Assembly: GCA_977030845.1 (NCBI GenBank) | Contig: OZ365118.1 | Location: 19,344,001 to 19,408,000 of the forward strand | Source of the DNA: Fimbriosthenelais zetlandica | Taxonomy: Eukaryota | Reading direction: 5' to 3' | DNA: 64,000 bases | Shown here: piece after piece, positions 49,301-62,105 of the stretch | Numbering within the stretch: the stretch's first letter is position 1 | Layout: every line of letters begins with the position of its first letter | Notes under the pieces: model-generated | The model's database searches: none | Told to the model about the DNA's origin: nothing | What the model saw: only the letters and a program-made list of their open reading frames with translations | Translations under genes and position numbers: made by a program

Positions 49301-52300
49301 TGTGTTTTCCAATTTTCTTCTTTGTCAAAGTGGCCATCGACTAACAAAAGAGAAGGGTTGGGTATTTGGGTTAGCCACCTTTTTGTGGGCTTCTACCTGC
49401 ATCAGCAGCAAGTGGACAAGTGGAGTTTTATCACCGGGCGGTGACAGTTTCAAACCCATATATTGTAAATAATTGACTACCACTGTTGACTTTACAATCT
49501 ATATTTCCCGAGGTGAGGGGGAGAAGGTGGGGGGAGGCACTCGGGAATGATACCTCATACCTTGATAATCCCTGAGGCTATCTCTCCCAAACCTCATACT
49601 AAACCCAACCACTAATTACTACAAAATATTCGTCCTCGCGAAATCCATCCAAATTTCCATTAGTTCACATAGAAATTCTCACACAAATTGGTGAAATATC
49701 CTTACATGTATGAGTTATTGGATAGTCTCTTCACCACAAATATTGAAGGAATTTAAGGTTTGTTGAGTGGATATTTAGTTAGAATGTCTATAGATATGCT
49801 GGTGGTAAAAGCGCTGGTGGGTGGAGGGGACCTGTATGCCTGGCAGGCTATCAAGGTGATAATGTAGCGATAAGCATTATAAATCAGCTACACACACAAC
49901 AGGTCCATCCGGAAAAGGTGCGAGACCAGAGACACCATCTCAACCCCTCCAGGGTAAATAGCCAGGTAGGCTATACCCCACTCAGGTGTAGGTATATATA
50001 TATAGCTTATAGACTAAAGACACACTGGGAGAAACTAGACGTGTTGGTTTCTAATTGATAATGACCACTAGTGGACAAAAGCTCGGGTGGTCAGTCGATA
50101 CAGGAGATATGTATAGGTTGACGGATACAGGGGGTTTAATGATATAGACGGGCTACAGGCCTAACGGGGAACACGCCAATACCTCCACCTTAAATTATAC
50201 ACGAATCAATAATGCCCGGTACTGGGGGAGAGACTGAAGGTAGTGGTCAGCTGCCTGGTCAACAGGGCTGAAATCCTGACTGACCACAGGTGAGAATTAC
50301 CTATGGTGGTCTTTAACATGGGAGTGGTCAAGGAATGGGTTGATGCCGTGTGGTCTCAGTGGAGTTACCTGTGCACAAGCCTAAAGGTATAATTTACTAC
50401 GAGGGTCCAGACCCTTCATGACCATTGAGCTGTGTTAATGATATGAAAAATTAATATCCACCACAAAGGGATGTATTCATCCGGTCTGATGTTTCCCAAC
50501 ACCTTTTTTCTGCTGTTGATAACTGGGGTCAGTTCGGAAAAGATTTTGAATTTAATGTGTGAACATTTTGGGTGTTGGTCAGTAGTGGTCAGTTGATAAT
50601 AGAGGTGTGTATAAAGACTTGTAGGTGGACATAGTCGTGACTAATCGGTCGTCATGGATGCCTCCTTGACATGACTATAAAGGCACATATCATGATAAAG
50701 ATGAAGTTACACTGAGTTAACTCTCTAAACCAATAGATTTACGATGGCAGTGTTCAAACACTATAATTCACCAGACAAAACGTTACTATCAACAATGTGA
50801 AAGTGATATGAGAGGGGGTGAATGATGTAGGGTCTTTTACTGGCACCTCTGGCCCTGTGATGGCTGGAGGTGAAGCCCTTCTATGGCCCTTTCCCCTGGA
50901 CACAACCCCCGACCCTGGGGAAACCCTCAGGTGGCTTAATTCAATGTCCAGCGGACAGAACCACCGCCCCGTGAGTGACCAGGAACTGACCCAAACCATG
51001 GGTCAGTCTGGTCCGGAGGTGGACAGGTCAGGCAATGGTCAAACAACTGCCCAGTGGTCACCATAGTGATGTTCATTCCACCCCGAGCCCGCTCACCGCT
51101 AATGATATAATTTGATACAATAGATGCGAGGCGAGATGACCGTTCTGGAAAATGACCAGCACTAATGGTCAGTATATCACATATCGCCTGAGAAGACCGG
51201 GAGGTGCGGTCAACATGCTTTGTCCACTAAAAAAGGTCCAGTGTTGAGCCTCTAGGGGCTATTACTGCCCCGGACCACACCCAGACACTCCGAATCTTCC
51301 CTCAGTGTGGTGCATAACAATACACATGCATATACCACTACTGGGGGTAAGAGAAAAGGTGCAGCCTAAAGCCATAACCCCACGGTCACATAATATGATC
51401 GTACCCCTGATAACCCTGCCTGCTTCCTCCCCGCTCTATAGCCCCTCACTCATTATAATAATCAATTGTTGCCTGGCTTTTTACGAGCCTCAGGACACGC
51501 GTTTTGCCTTGTTACGCGTGCATGATATCTAAAGCCCTTCATCTTACCAACACGACTTTTATGGTCCCCCTTCTAACACTACCCCGAGCTAGCCCTATCA
51601 CTTAACGCCCGTGAATAATACACCCAGATAGAAAGTGAATATTATCACTAACTTATCTCTGACCGAGGGATTAGTGTGAAACCCATAAAACCCGACCTTC
51701 CTATTATTATCACACAAATATGTGTATTGCATTTCAAAATGGAATTATTTATAAATGCTGGGGTTTGAATACCCACCTGTCAAATGTCTTATGTGACATA
51801 GACATAGACTGCAGCAGACGCCCCTAAACCCAAGACATTCTACCCCTTGGGAAAACAAACCCGCTCATAAAATGTCTCCAGGCGCGGCACTTATGTAATT
51901 GGGGAAATTATTATTCTAACCAATGGCAATATACACAAAGTCAGACCATACTTCCTGTGTAGACCACTGGGAAAATTAAGTTAAAATTTAAAATAAACAC
52001 CCACCTTTCTCTTGCCGAGTTTTCTATCCATAAGTGCTGTTCAAACCAGTGATATATTCATGATAAATCAGATATAAACTGTATAAAGTCAGGTTAGTGT
52101 GGTAGCTTCCTGCTTCTATATGTAAAGATGACAGTCCTGTGCTTGGAGCAAAGTTCCCACGAAGTACAACTTGTGAAATGACATTCACAACTAGTGCTCT
52201 ATCTCAAGTCCATGAAGCTTATATACGACCAGTTACCGCACCCATCTATTCCATAGGTGTCAAAAATCTATTCCACAGGTGTCAAAAAGTTCTCCCTCTG

Positions 52301-52821
52301 CGTCTCCCAGACTTTAGGGAGGATGAGAACAAGAGAGTTTGGTTGATGTAGGAGCCAGTGGCTGTGTGGAGGGTGTGATGTAGAATGGTAGTAATGCACG
52401 GCGCCAGGCTTAGCTTTACTCACTGTCTGCTCTATTATATCACAATCACACTGACATGAAACATTCACTAATCATGACACAACCATCCATGATATGTCAG
52501 TCTATTGTTTCTTCTATTCATGTAGATGTATATTCACCTATATCCATGTATGTAAGAGTAAGGAGGGGGTCCTCAGTTGGGCGTCGCTACGTCTCTTCAC
52601 AGCAAGACTCAGGCTGTGAATGACTGCCTCTTCCCTCTTCCCCCCTACTCCCTCAATCCTCCCCTTATCCCCACTAGCGCCACCACGCGTCACAAACGTC
52701 AAACACCGCTCCCCAGAGACGGCGCCATGTTTGGTGTTTGGTACATGACCAGGCCCACTCTTCTCAGTGGAAATTCATCAAACAAATAGAAAACGCCTGT
52801 CAAACTCGTGCCTGGGCCGGG

Positions 52822-52847
52822 AGGGCCTGAAAGGGCCTGAAAGGGCC
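52822..52847. repeat. 10-bp tandem repeat agggcctgaa x2.6
   Basis: Directly visible. Confidence 0.75.
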
Positions 52848-55800
52848 GTGATCATATCAACATAAAGCCTGAACTCAAGAAACGTATGCCGCGCCTGATT
52901 CAAAGAGGGCGAGGGATGGGAAAGGACAAATATTTAAAGTTAAATGGAGAAAAGCTGGGGTCCTATTGCCGTCTCATAATATATAGGCACATATGCTGGC
53001 TTTGTGAGGGGACGGGATGAAGGATACTTGAAGAAAGCATGTCAATAGCACTATGGGGTTTGACATTGACTTGTGAAGCATATGGACGTTATGATTTACA
53101 TGTGAATTTACATGAAAATCGCCAACTTTTGATCTAAGATACAACGCCAACATATTGTACTCAGTTTGCACTTCTTTCCCTTTTAAGAAACCATCATCGA
53201 TATTTCCATAAGAATCGCGATCATATACTTCTATCCATAAAAAGAGAAAGGCAGGATATTCTAACAATACGCAGGAAATGCCTGAATTATTCAGAATATT
53301 GTCCATTTCCTATTGCTTTTAATTCGGACAAAGAGATCAAAGGTGAAGCAGGATATGATGATCTGTAAGACCACCATATTCCACATCTCAAATTTGTGAA
53401 CAAGATGGGTTCAGATACCGGCCACTTAAACAAAACACTTCCCGTATTTCCCTTAAAATAAAAAACACCTCATTTGCATTTTCTTCAATAGGAACCAACA
53501 CGATCAAAGGGATGGAATCATATGTAGACTTTTAGTCGGGGCAGTTTTGAAATTTTGAAGTTTGAGGGTCAGAGACAAGACATAGGAAGTGTACTGGTCG
53601 ATTTGAAGCCACAATGAGGAACTTTGTGTTGGTGAGGGTTGGTAGTCGACATGGCCGTGATGTGTGCGGTATGACGGGTCAGTGATGACCATATAGAGAT
53701 GTATATACGACTACTGGTATATTGGTCAGGTTGTACAGGGGCTGAACACATGATTTAGCAATACTTTCCCCGCACCTTTTTTAAGGTAGTTCGGGGCGGG
53801 GCTGGGGTAGGGCGGGGAAGGATGTGCATCTAATGTACTTTGATGCCCATCTTTCTGCATGGCACATTGGCCATGAATTCACATACATGCATGCTATCCC
53901 GGACACAACCCAATCTGCCCTCCACAGGCATGTATTCTTCGCGGGGAAGAAATTTTCACCATTCTTTATGAACCCCCAAATCACAACTTCAGTACATTAA
54001 TCCAACAACCCCAAATAAATACAATATTGCAATTAGTTCTAAGATCAATTGATTATAATTTAGTGATTGGGTTAATGATATAATTCAAAACGCGAAAATT
54101 TGAATTTCGCTAAAATAAAATGTAGGTGAGTGAAGGAGTAGAAAGCATTTAGTGAGGTGGAGATAGGGACATGCCATCCTTATTGCAGCATCTTCCCACA
54201 GAGATGAGTACCATGGTATGTGGTTGATTCCACTCACTATGTTTGATTATGTCGTGACAACATAACTAAGGTTCATAGGCTACTGGAATGTCCCTACCAC
54301 CAGCACTGAGAATAGGCGAATTGTCACAGGACAATTACTCAATTAATACTGATAAATATGAAATTCAATACTCAATCCTTTATCCTTAAGGATATCTTTG
54401 AGAAACTATAAGGAAAACATCACTTTAGCAAAATTTTAAGTTGATAAAATGGTAAGATTTCAAAAAAAGATCTTTTCTCAACTGTCTATTGCTCTATTGG
54501 CGCGCAATCCTAAAATCCATCCCAAATTTCAATACATCCCGCCCAGCAGAAACCTAACCCAATTTTTTCCCACCCACAACCCAAAAACTATCTATCCTCG
54601 ATAAATTTTCCGTTAAAATGATTTTTTCCCACTCTTGACACTCTATTATATGAGTGAGGTAGAGGACAAGATAACCCACCCAGCCCATCTATATACTATA
54701 AGACCCCATCCCCCGTTATTCCCCCCACACCTGTTCCCCGAGCCTTGGGCTAAAGGCAGGCAAAAACTGTGGAGCACCACTCGTCCCTCGCCTACCGCTT
54801 TGTTGACACCCTTCAAATGCTCGAGTTTTTTTGCGCCTGAAATTAACTCCGGGTGGGCTGGTCTGTAAGTAGCAGTTCTGACGTTTGGAGGGTTTAGCCG
54901 ATAAAAAGTGATACTGAGAAAAGTGCACGAGGCGGGGGAGGGTTGGGAGGAGGGGGCAAGCTAACCCTAAATTAAACACCCCAATGCATACGGTAAATGA
55001 TCGCCCAGAACCCATCTTCCACATGACGCGCTATTTTAATCTTCCCATTATTGGGCTGTATTGCCTCCACCCTGAATGAGCCACAACACAAGGCTAATCT
55101 TCCTATTATGCAACAAAATGAATTTTCCACTTCACATCTTAATCTAGAGGGCATTTCATAATGTGTATGTACGGCAAAAGTCATTAAAATGAACACAGGG
55201 GCTGTATTTCCAGGAGATGCTTGTGAACCCTGAAGGGCAATTCTTGACAAATTATGCCAATATATCACAAATGATGTCCCGTTAGAATGAAACGAGGTAA
55301 TGGCGCTAGGTCGGCCAGTTAGACATACACAGGGCTTTTTAGGGGTGTGGGCAATAAATCAGAAAAGTGGTCCATTAAAGCATAAGGGGCGCGGAAGTAA
55401 ATCAAGAGGTTATGTCCGGTATAATGTTAAAACCTCATTATAAGACCCGTGTTTACATTGCCATATCATCATACAAACAAGATAATGGACTTATCCTGGT
55501 CCTCCACAATGACCAGCCTGACAGGCTAGCCACCAACATGGTGAATTATTACTCTATACTGGATTCATAAATCTGACCCGCACTGTTAGAATGCTCCATC
55601 TAACAGGCCTTAATAGCGCGGCCGCGCAGAGGCCAGGCGCGCTAAGAGAACACCTGTTGTATAATGTCACGCATTAAGGTGATTGAGCAAAAAGGCCCGT
55701 CCTCACCTAATATAGAAAGCAAAACAAACATAACTGAAGAGAATCAATGAAATCAGAGAGCCTCGCGTGGTTATGAATGCTTATCTCTGTCCCTAGCACA

Positions 55801-58800
55801 TCCCCTCCCCCCGGGTCAAAAATCGACACCAGTAGGGGAGGGCAGGAATTGTCACAGAGAACATCCCAGTAAATGCACCTGTTCTGGAATTCTTGGTCTG
55901 CTTTTTGGGGGATATTTTAGAATTGATCGATCGTTTACACCTGATTCACAAGCTGCTGCGTTGCTTTGGTCAAAAAGAGGAGGAGTTGCTACACGCCCCG
56001 GCCCGGGGGAGTGCGGGGTATTATGTATTGGTGGCGTAAGCTTGTGTACAACCCACGGAGGCATTGCCCGGGCGGACGTAACGTGATATGAATATACGTG
56101 CGTCCACCTGGCGGAACCCCCGCTCATCACTCATACACACACACCTGTCACGTGACAAACCAAACTAACCAAAGCGAGGCTCGCCAAGGAGGTGGATCTG
56201 GCCAATAATGATTGATGAGGCTTACAAGCACCTGTCCGTCTACCCCAACAAAAGATCAGCTTGATGGCACAAAAAAGGTGCGAGGAAACAAGAGAGAAAA
56301 GTGGGGAACTGTCAGGGGGAGGAGGATTAGAGGTACGTTATGACATGACATGGCCAGGTTGATGGGACATTGCTAAGAGACAGGTACATGCATTCTACAC
56401 ATACATGTAGAACTCCTGCCAGAATGAGATGTCTCTATTTATCTAACTCAATCATGAGCAGAGAGAGAAGACAATCCATTCACTGAACATGTCACTCATA
56501 CCAAAATACAGGAGAAAGACATCATCAGTCATAATCTAAACCACCAGTTAGGTCGTAGGCATTAATATGAAAAGCGAAGAGATAAAATGACTCAAATTTA
56601 GAAAAAATAGGGGCGTATGTTCCTATGCTATACCGTATGAACCATATCAGATGAAAGGAAACTATTTCCTTCCAGTTAGATATAAAAGTTTAAATCCATG
56701 GCTATGTATTGGTTTATATGAATCTATATTAGGTTCCACCAATTTTCCCCTCATCTCATTTTAAAGCAGGCATTGCTCGGGGGCTGAGCATGATACATGG
56801 ATGGTGAATGGTGAAGTTAAGTCAGGCTTGTTAGCAGAACAATACTGGAGTAGGAGACTATAGTAATGTATATCTGTCCGTGTGTAAGCTCGGTCCCCGC
56901 CCGCTCCCCCAGCCCCCGGGCTGTCTCATAGGGTGGCTATATATACCAGTATTTAACATGGCACCCTTTATACCTGTATCTCTACCTCGATTGTATAAAG
57001 ACCATGGATTAGAACGCTCAGGTAATGCTCGTCTTTTCAAAGGGAACCATGAAGGGTGTGGGTTTCTAGCATGTCATTTTGTATACATTATTGTAACCAC
57101 TAAACTATCGCTTTCTGATAAGTGACGGTTTCTTAATACAAAGTACTATGCAGAATTTATCATTACATTTAGTGTTTATTTCTAGGAATTTATTGCAAAA
57201 GATCTGTTAGATCCCAAAGTCTTTTACTGAAATTCAAATGTCAGAATGTGACATATAAGGGAACATGGGAAGTTCCCTGAAGGAGGGTTGACTGGGGGTA
57301 CATGTATAACCGATCCTGGGGACAAGCGAGTGACAGATGTTTTCACACGCGACATGTGTGTTAGCTTGAATCATTCAAAATGTTCAGCCCAGGCTCAGAT
57401 CCCATCTTCCTGTTCAAATTCTTAACGTATTCTCAGATCCCTCACTATTTTATTATTCCAGGACATGCCTGTGTTACCCGAGTACACAATGTATATACCA
57501 GCAAGGTAAAAACTGAATACAACATTGGTCGCATGTTAATTAAGGGATTTTACTTTCAGAATGTCAAATGACATCATGTATAGATCAATTAAGTTTTATA
57601 TGTAAGTTGTTTTCGTTTTCATTTCAGAACTTGATTTAAGATTTTCTGTACTTGACATGATTATTTGTCAATAGTCCCTTGTTGTGTTACCCACCTTCAC
57701 CCCGTGTCGGGGGATGGTAGGATAGAAATCACGAGGTGTGAAGCGAACCCACTTTCTAAAACATGCTTATCAACCGTCGGTAGTTCATCAATAGGATTAT
57801 AGATCAGATTGGACCGTTTCCCAGGTATACAAATCTCAAAACGTGCCAGTAAAAGAGGGGGCAGACGTGCGCGGGACCTCAGTGGTACCCAGTATTACAT
57901 AACCAGCTGCCTCCCCCCGTGCCATAAAGGTGTTTTGTTAGAAGATAAATATTATCTGTGCCCTCTCCCGCTCCCTGCACCTGCCACACTGCGCGGCACA
58001 GATAGAAAAACCTGCGGATCCATGGAAACACCTGTCTCTGTTCCCATGGAAACGCATGATCAGCATGGGTGAACACCTTTGGGAGTTAACTGAAAATGGT
58101 GGCTTGGTCGTTTGGTTGGCCATTGGCCTCCATGAGATAGGAATGTGAGAGGAGGGTAAAGATGGGGTCGTTGGGTGTTCAGTTCCAGTCAACTGACATG
58201 CTCAGATGAATGTTTCAAACACTGACTCCATGCACTGTGTGACTATGAGGTTTATATTAAAGTGAAGGTCTATACTATGGTCTCAAGTAACACTTTTAGG
58301 GAGAGTCCCTCCGAGGAAGGATGGGTATTTCATGACAAAATGAATGGAGTTTTCTTTGCAATAACTTCATAAAAGTCCCATGAATGGCTGGTGTATTCTT
58401 GCCTCGTGGGAATTTGTCTCAATTTAAAGGAGTAATTGCATTTAAAGTGAGAGTTTGGGGTGAGATGGTGGGTTGAGGGACGTGCTGACCGTGAGAGGGT
58501 AGGGGTGAATCTCAAGTGTCCATTTGTATGGTCAGTAATCAATTTAGTTACCATGGTCCCCGCTAGGGTGATCCGAGGCCTACTTGATCTCACCCAGGTG
58601 TTCCTCCTTCAACAAGTCACCCCAGTTAAAGTGACCTCCCCATGAGAGCAACCTTTTCTCTTCCCCCTGTGAACCCTGCTCAAAAAGGACCTTTTTCTAA
58701 GGCCAAGGCTGGACTTAGGGCAGGCCTTAAGTCTAAAGGCAAACAATTGTTACCGAGCCTACTCACCCGACCATCTCGCTATAGGAGCCCTTGTTTACCT

Positions 58801-61786
58801 ATAATGTATTTTTCTCTCAGGGCCAGGCCAGCAATGTTTGCAAACCTATTGAGTATCAATATGCCGTCAAGATCAAACAGCTTTTTCATCAAAGTCACAA
58901 TTGACGTAATTAATTTCTCACAAGCCGCGTCATTCATATACATTATATAGAGTCCTCTATATCCCTGGATGACCAACTATATCCCTATACCCCACTCAAT
59001 AAAAAACCGGCATCTCAACACAACAAACTCACAAAAAACGTGATACGGGAGAATAAGAAAACATCCCTTATTCCCAGACTAATTGAAACATCAAAAAGTC
59101 TCTCATTTCCTCGCGCTTTGTTGGAGAAAATAAACAACTTTGAGGCGTATTGTAGGCCTAATCCCCCACTGACACCCATGGGAATATAAACCCTTATTTT
59201 GGCTGGGTTAATCTTTTTTCAGGCTCTTTGCTCCCTCTATGCCCATGTCCCCTACCTTCACTGAAGGTTCAGTGGTGCGTGAAATCATAGACCAGCACCC
59301 AAACATGCCTGGTCACTGGGCCATGGAAGGCCGACACAGTGGTGACACCTAGCAACAGACCCGGTAACCTTGCGGCAAAATACTGAAGGTGTCGCCACTG
59401 AGACTTTTCTGCATCTCTAATGCCAGAAAAACTCACGAGGTGGCGCCAGGGTAGGCATGATGTTGCAAAACCACACGACCTAAAAATCACTGACAAAACC
59501 ATGATCTAGAAAATTACATTACAGATTAATATCTCATGTAATTTGCTTGCATTATGATGGCTAATTATGACCAAAAAATCATGGGAGAACGATATAGATA
59601 AAACAATAAAGGAATCGATATAGGCTTGTGTAGACTATATAGGAAATATTCTACTATATAGAAAACATGAAAATACATGTAAAGAACTATTAGTTCAGTA
59701 CACATATTTAGAAAATACTGCTGTTGGCAAAGATTATTTGTTGAGTACACATATTTTGTCTTTACCATATGATAATTATGAGTGGTCACAGATGGTGGTT
59801 GGTCTACCAGCATCATCTGTCCTTTACATATTTACCACTTCACACTAACATGACATTTCATCCTATCTCTACCTCACACCCCATGCTACATGCCCACGTC
59901 CATGTGGCACATCCATTCTCTACCCACCACACAGATAAAGGGAGCGTGACATGGGAGATAAAGGTGCGGGGGTAGGGTGTGAAGGGTTGACCAGGGATGG
60001 TGGTGGGTGGGTGTGTAGGTGTCCACACAGGGTGTGCATGGTCGACCGTCACGCATCACTACCATTACCATCACCCAGTGACCATCAGTCATATCACACC
60101 TGGAATAACACCCATTGTCACAATGCTCTTCTAAAAAAAATACACACTATTTATCATTTTCTTGTCGTAACCCAATTTTTATCATTGTTAACAAATGCCT
60201 GAGATCTATGAATATTCTTTCCAGACTTATAATAAATTGTTTGGGAAAATAAGTTTCATTATTATATATATGTAGACAGTTTATTGAGACTTATAATTGA
60301 AATTTGGAACATTGTAGAAAGGTTATGGTAGGCAGGGTCAAGCTGTTAGCTTGAGTATAAACATATTGGCGATATGTCCATGGTTTGAGTGATCATGTAT
60401 TAATCTATTATGATTATCATGACCATGTATATGATGATTGATTGTACATTATGATTGATTGTATATTATGATTGATGTCCATGTATGATGTATCTCCGCG
60501 TGTGAGTGTTTATATATGTGTATATAAGTATAATAGGTGAGTTATACATACATCTGGTCACCCGTCCCCTCCCACACATCTCATATTATCCCCTATACGA
60601 TGACCATACCACACCCCGCCCATAGGTCATCCTAATACTCCACACCCCCCAACGTGTGATAAATACATCACCTTGACCACTGAGTGGACATGACAGAAAT
60701 TTAACCCTCACATGACCAGAGAACACCCAGTATTAACCATTGTCAGGCCTGTAGATAAGGGGGTTAATACCCATCCCCCTGCCCCTTGCATGTCATGGTT
60801 GCATGTGATGCTGACATTTCAGCGTCTGTAAAAAAGACGCCATTAACTCAGCACCGAGGGGGGGGGGGGGGGGGGTTGCCAGCCATGGTGGAGCAGATGG
60901 CACCAGAAACAAAAAAAAATACAGGAAATCACAGAGACAGTTTAATCAAGCGAGAAATAGATCAAAAACCTCTGAGTTCTCTATGAGATGTAGGTGAACT
61001 ATGGGGCTGTAAAGGGCCAGGGATGGTATATATATATAGATGCTATATTAGATGGGGTCTCCAGTGGTGTAGGCTAATTATGGACGGCCCACTCCCACGC
61101 GCCCAGGGTGGCGAGTTTACTTAGCAGTTTTTGTTCAGCGACATTCTACACGTCCACCATTTTTCATTTCCTGTTCACTAATCCGCCATTATTGATACTG
61201 TCTCTCCCACCATTGTGGATGTTCACCGTGCCCCAGCAGCAGAAATGGTGTCAAGGTATAAAAGCGACACACTGCTCTGTCCTATATCAAATGACAAGAC
61301 TTCCTCCTAATTCTTACTGAAAACGCAAGCTACCATAGCCTGCTATATATAGCAGACACTGAATACAATCAAATGGCACATATATACTATATTTCACTGC
61401 TCTTTTTGTACCCCTCCTATACTGCCAAAGATATTCCCACGCAATTTTAAAGCTGCCACATTTAAGAAACTAATATCTGTCAGATATATGAGACATTGCC
61501 TCACCCATTTTAAATACATGCATATATGAACTAACCTAAATCCCATAAAATATGCACAAATTAAAAGGTCATATATATATGGCATAAAACAATCGTTATT
61601 GTTAAACCATATTACATAAGGAGGGGAATGGGCACCCCCTTTGACCTCAAAAGAAAGATCTTTAAAAACCTTTTGACGTTTGTCAAATGATATTAAATAA
61701 AAAAGAATGTGAATATCATGTGATATTCCACTGAACTATGGCCCTCATAAAGAGACTGACCATTACATAAAGCTACATGTACTCAC

Positions 61787-62105
61787 CATATTTTGCTTGG
61801 TGTCCAGATACATGCTGGCTATCTCTGTCTTGTCCACCCTACTGTTGCCTGTGGCAGGGCTGGCAGTCTCGCCCATCTCGCTCCGTGATCTCGTGTGATG
61901 ACGTTTAGGCGTCCGTTGATCGTTACCATGGAGACCAGCGTCCTGGTTGCTATGGTTACTGCGGTGTGTGTGACGTGAGGTAGAGGATCGGTGACTGTGT
62001 CGTGAGTGACTGCTGTGACTGGACCGTCCGTGACTGCTACTCTGACTACATACGTCATCCATGCTGTCCTCCAGCCCCCGGGAGCCTAGGCCCCCACTCA
62101 CGCCC
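61787..62105 (-). CDS. Gene B upstream coding exon (His/Ser/Arg-rich; probable start ATG at 62062, MDDVCSQ...YLDTKQNM, 92 aa)
   Basis: Acceptor tctttttctctccactag (AG at 62107-62106), ATG in a gacagcATGg context, and donor gtgagt at 61786. RSRSEM and DTK..M match gene A exon 1. The frame is open back to the acceptor, so a further upstream coding exon is possible. Confidence 0.78.

Larger units (their letters stand above)
41129..61786 (-). other. 20,658-bp phase-0 intron of gene B
   Basis: Donor ATG|gtgagt at 61786 and acceptor at 41129. The joined peptide YLDTKQNM|LEIIEEGL aligns without gaps to gene A FFKDTKIEM|MRIVEADL. Confidence 0.75.

Noticed and set aside
49433-49450. TATCACCGGGCGGTGACA resembling a phage lambda operator
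   Set aside because: Wrong spacing, isolated, and in a eukaryotic intron with no phage context; treated as a chance palindrome.
191-52847. Short direct-repeat arrays as CRISPR-like arrays
   Set aside because: Head-to-tail minisatellites without unique spacers, no cas genes, and a eukaryotic context.
5779-58412. Roughly a dozen or more YGTGRGAA Su(H)/CSL-like motifs and many CACCTG E-boxes
   Set aside because: Only a modest excess by eye, and no head-to-head paired Su(H) site was found. CA/TG enrichment from CpG decay could explain the E-boxes. A proper background model is needed.
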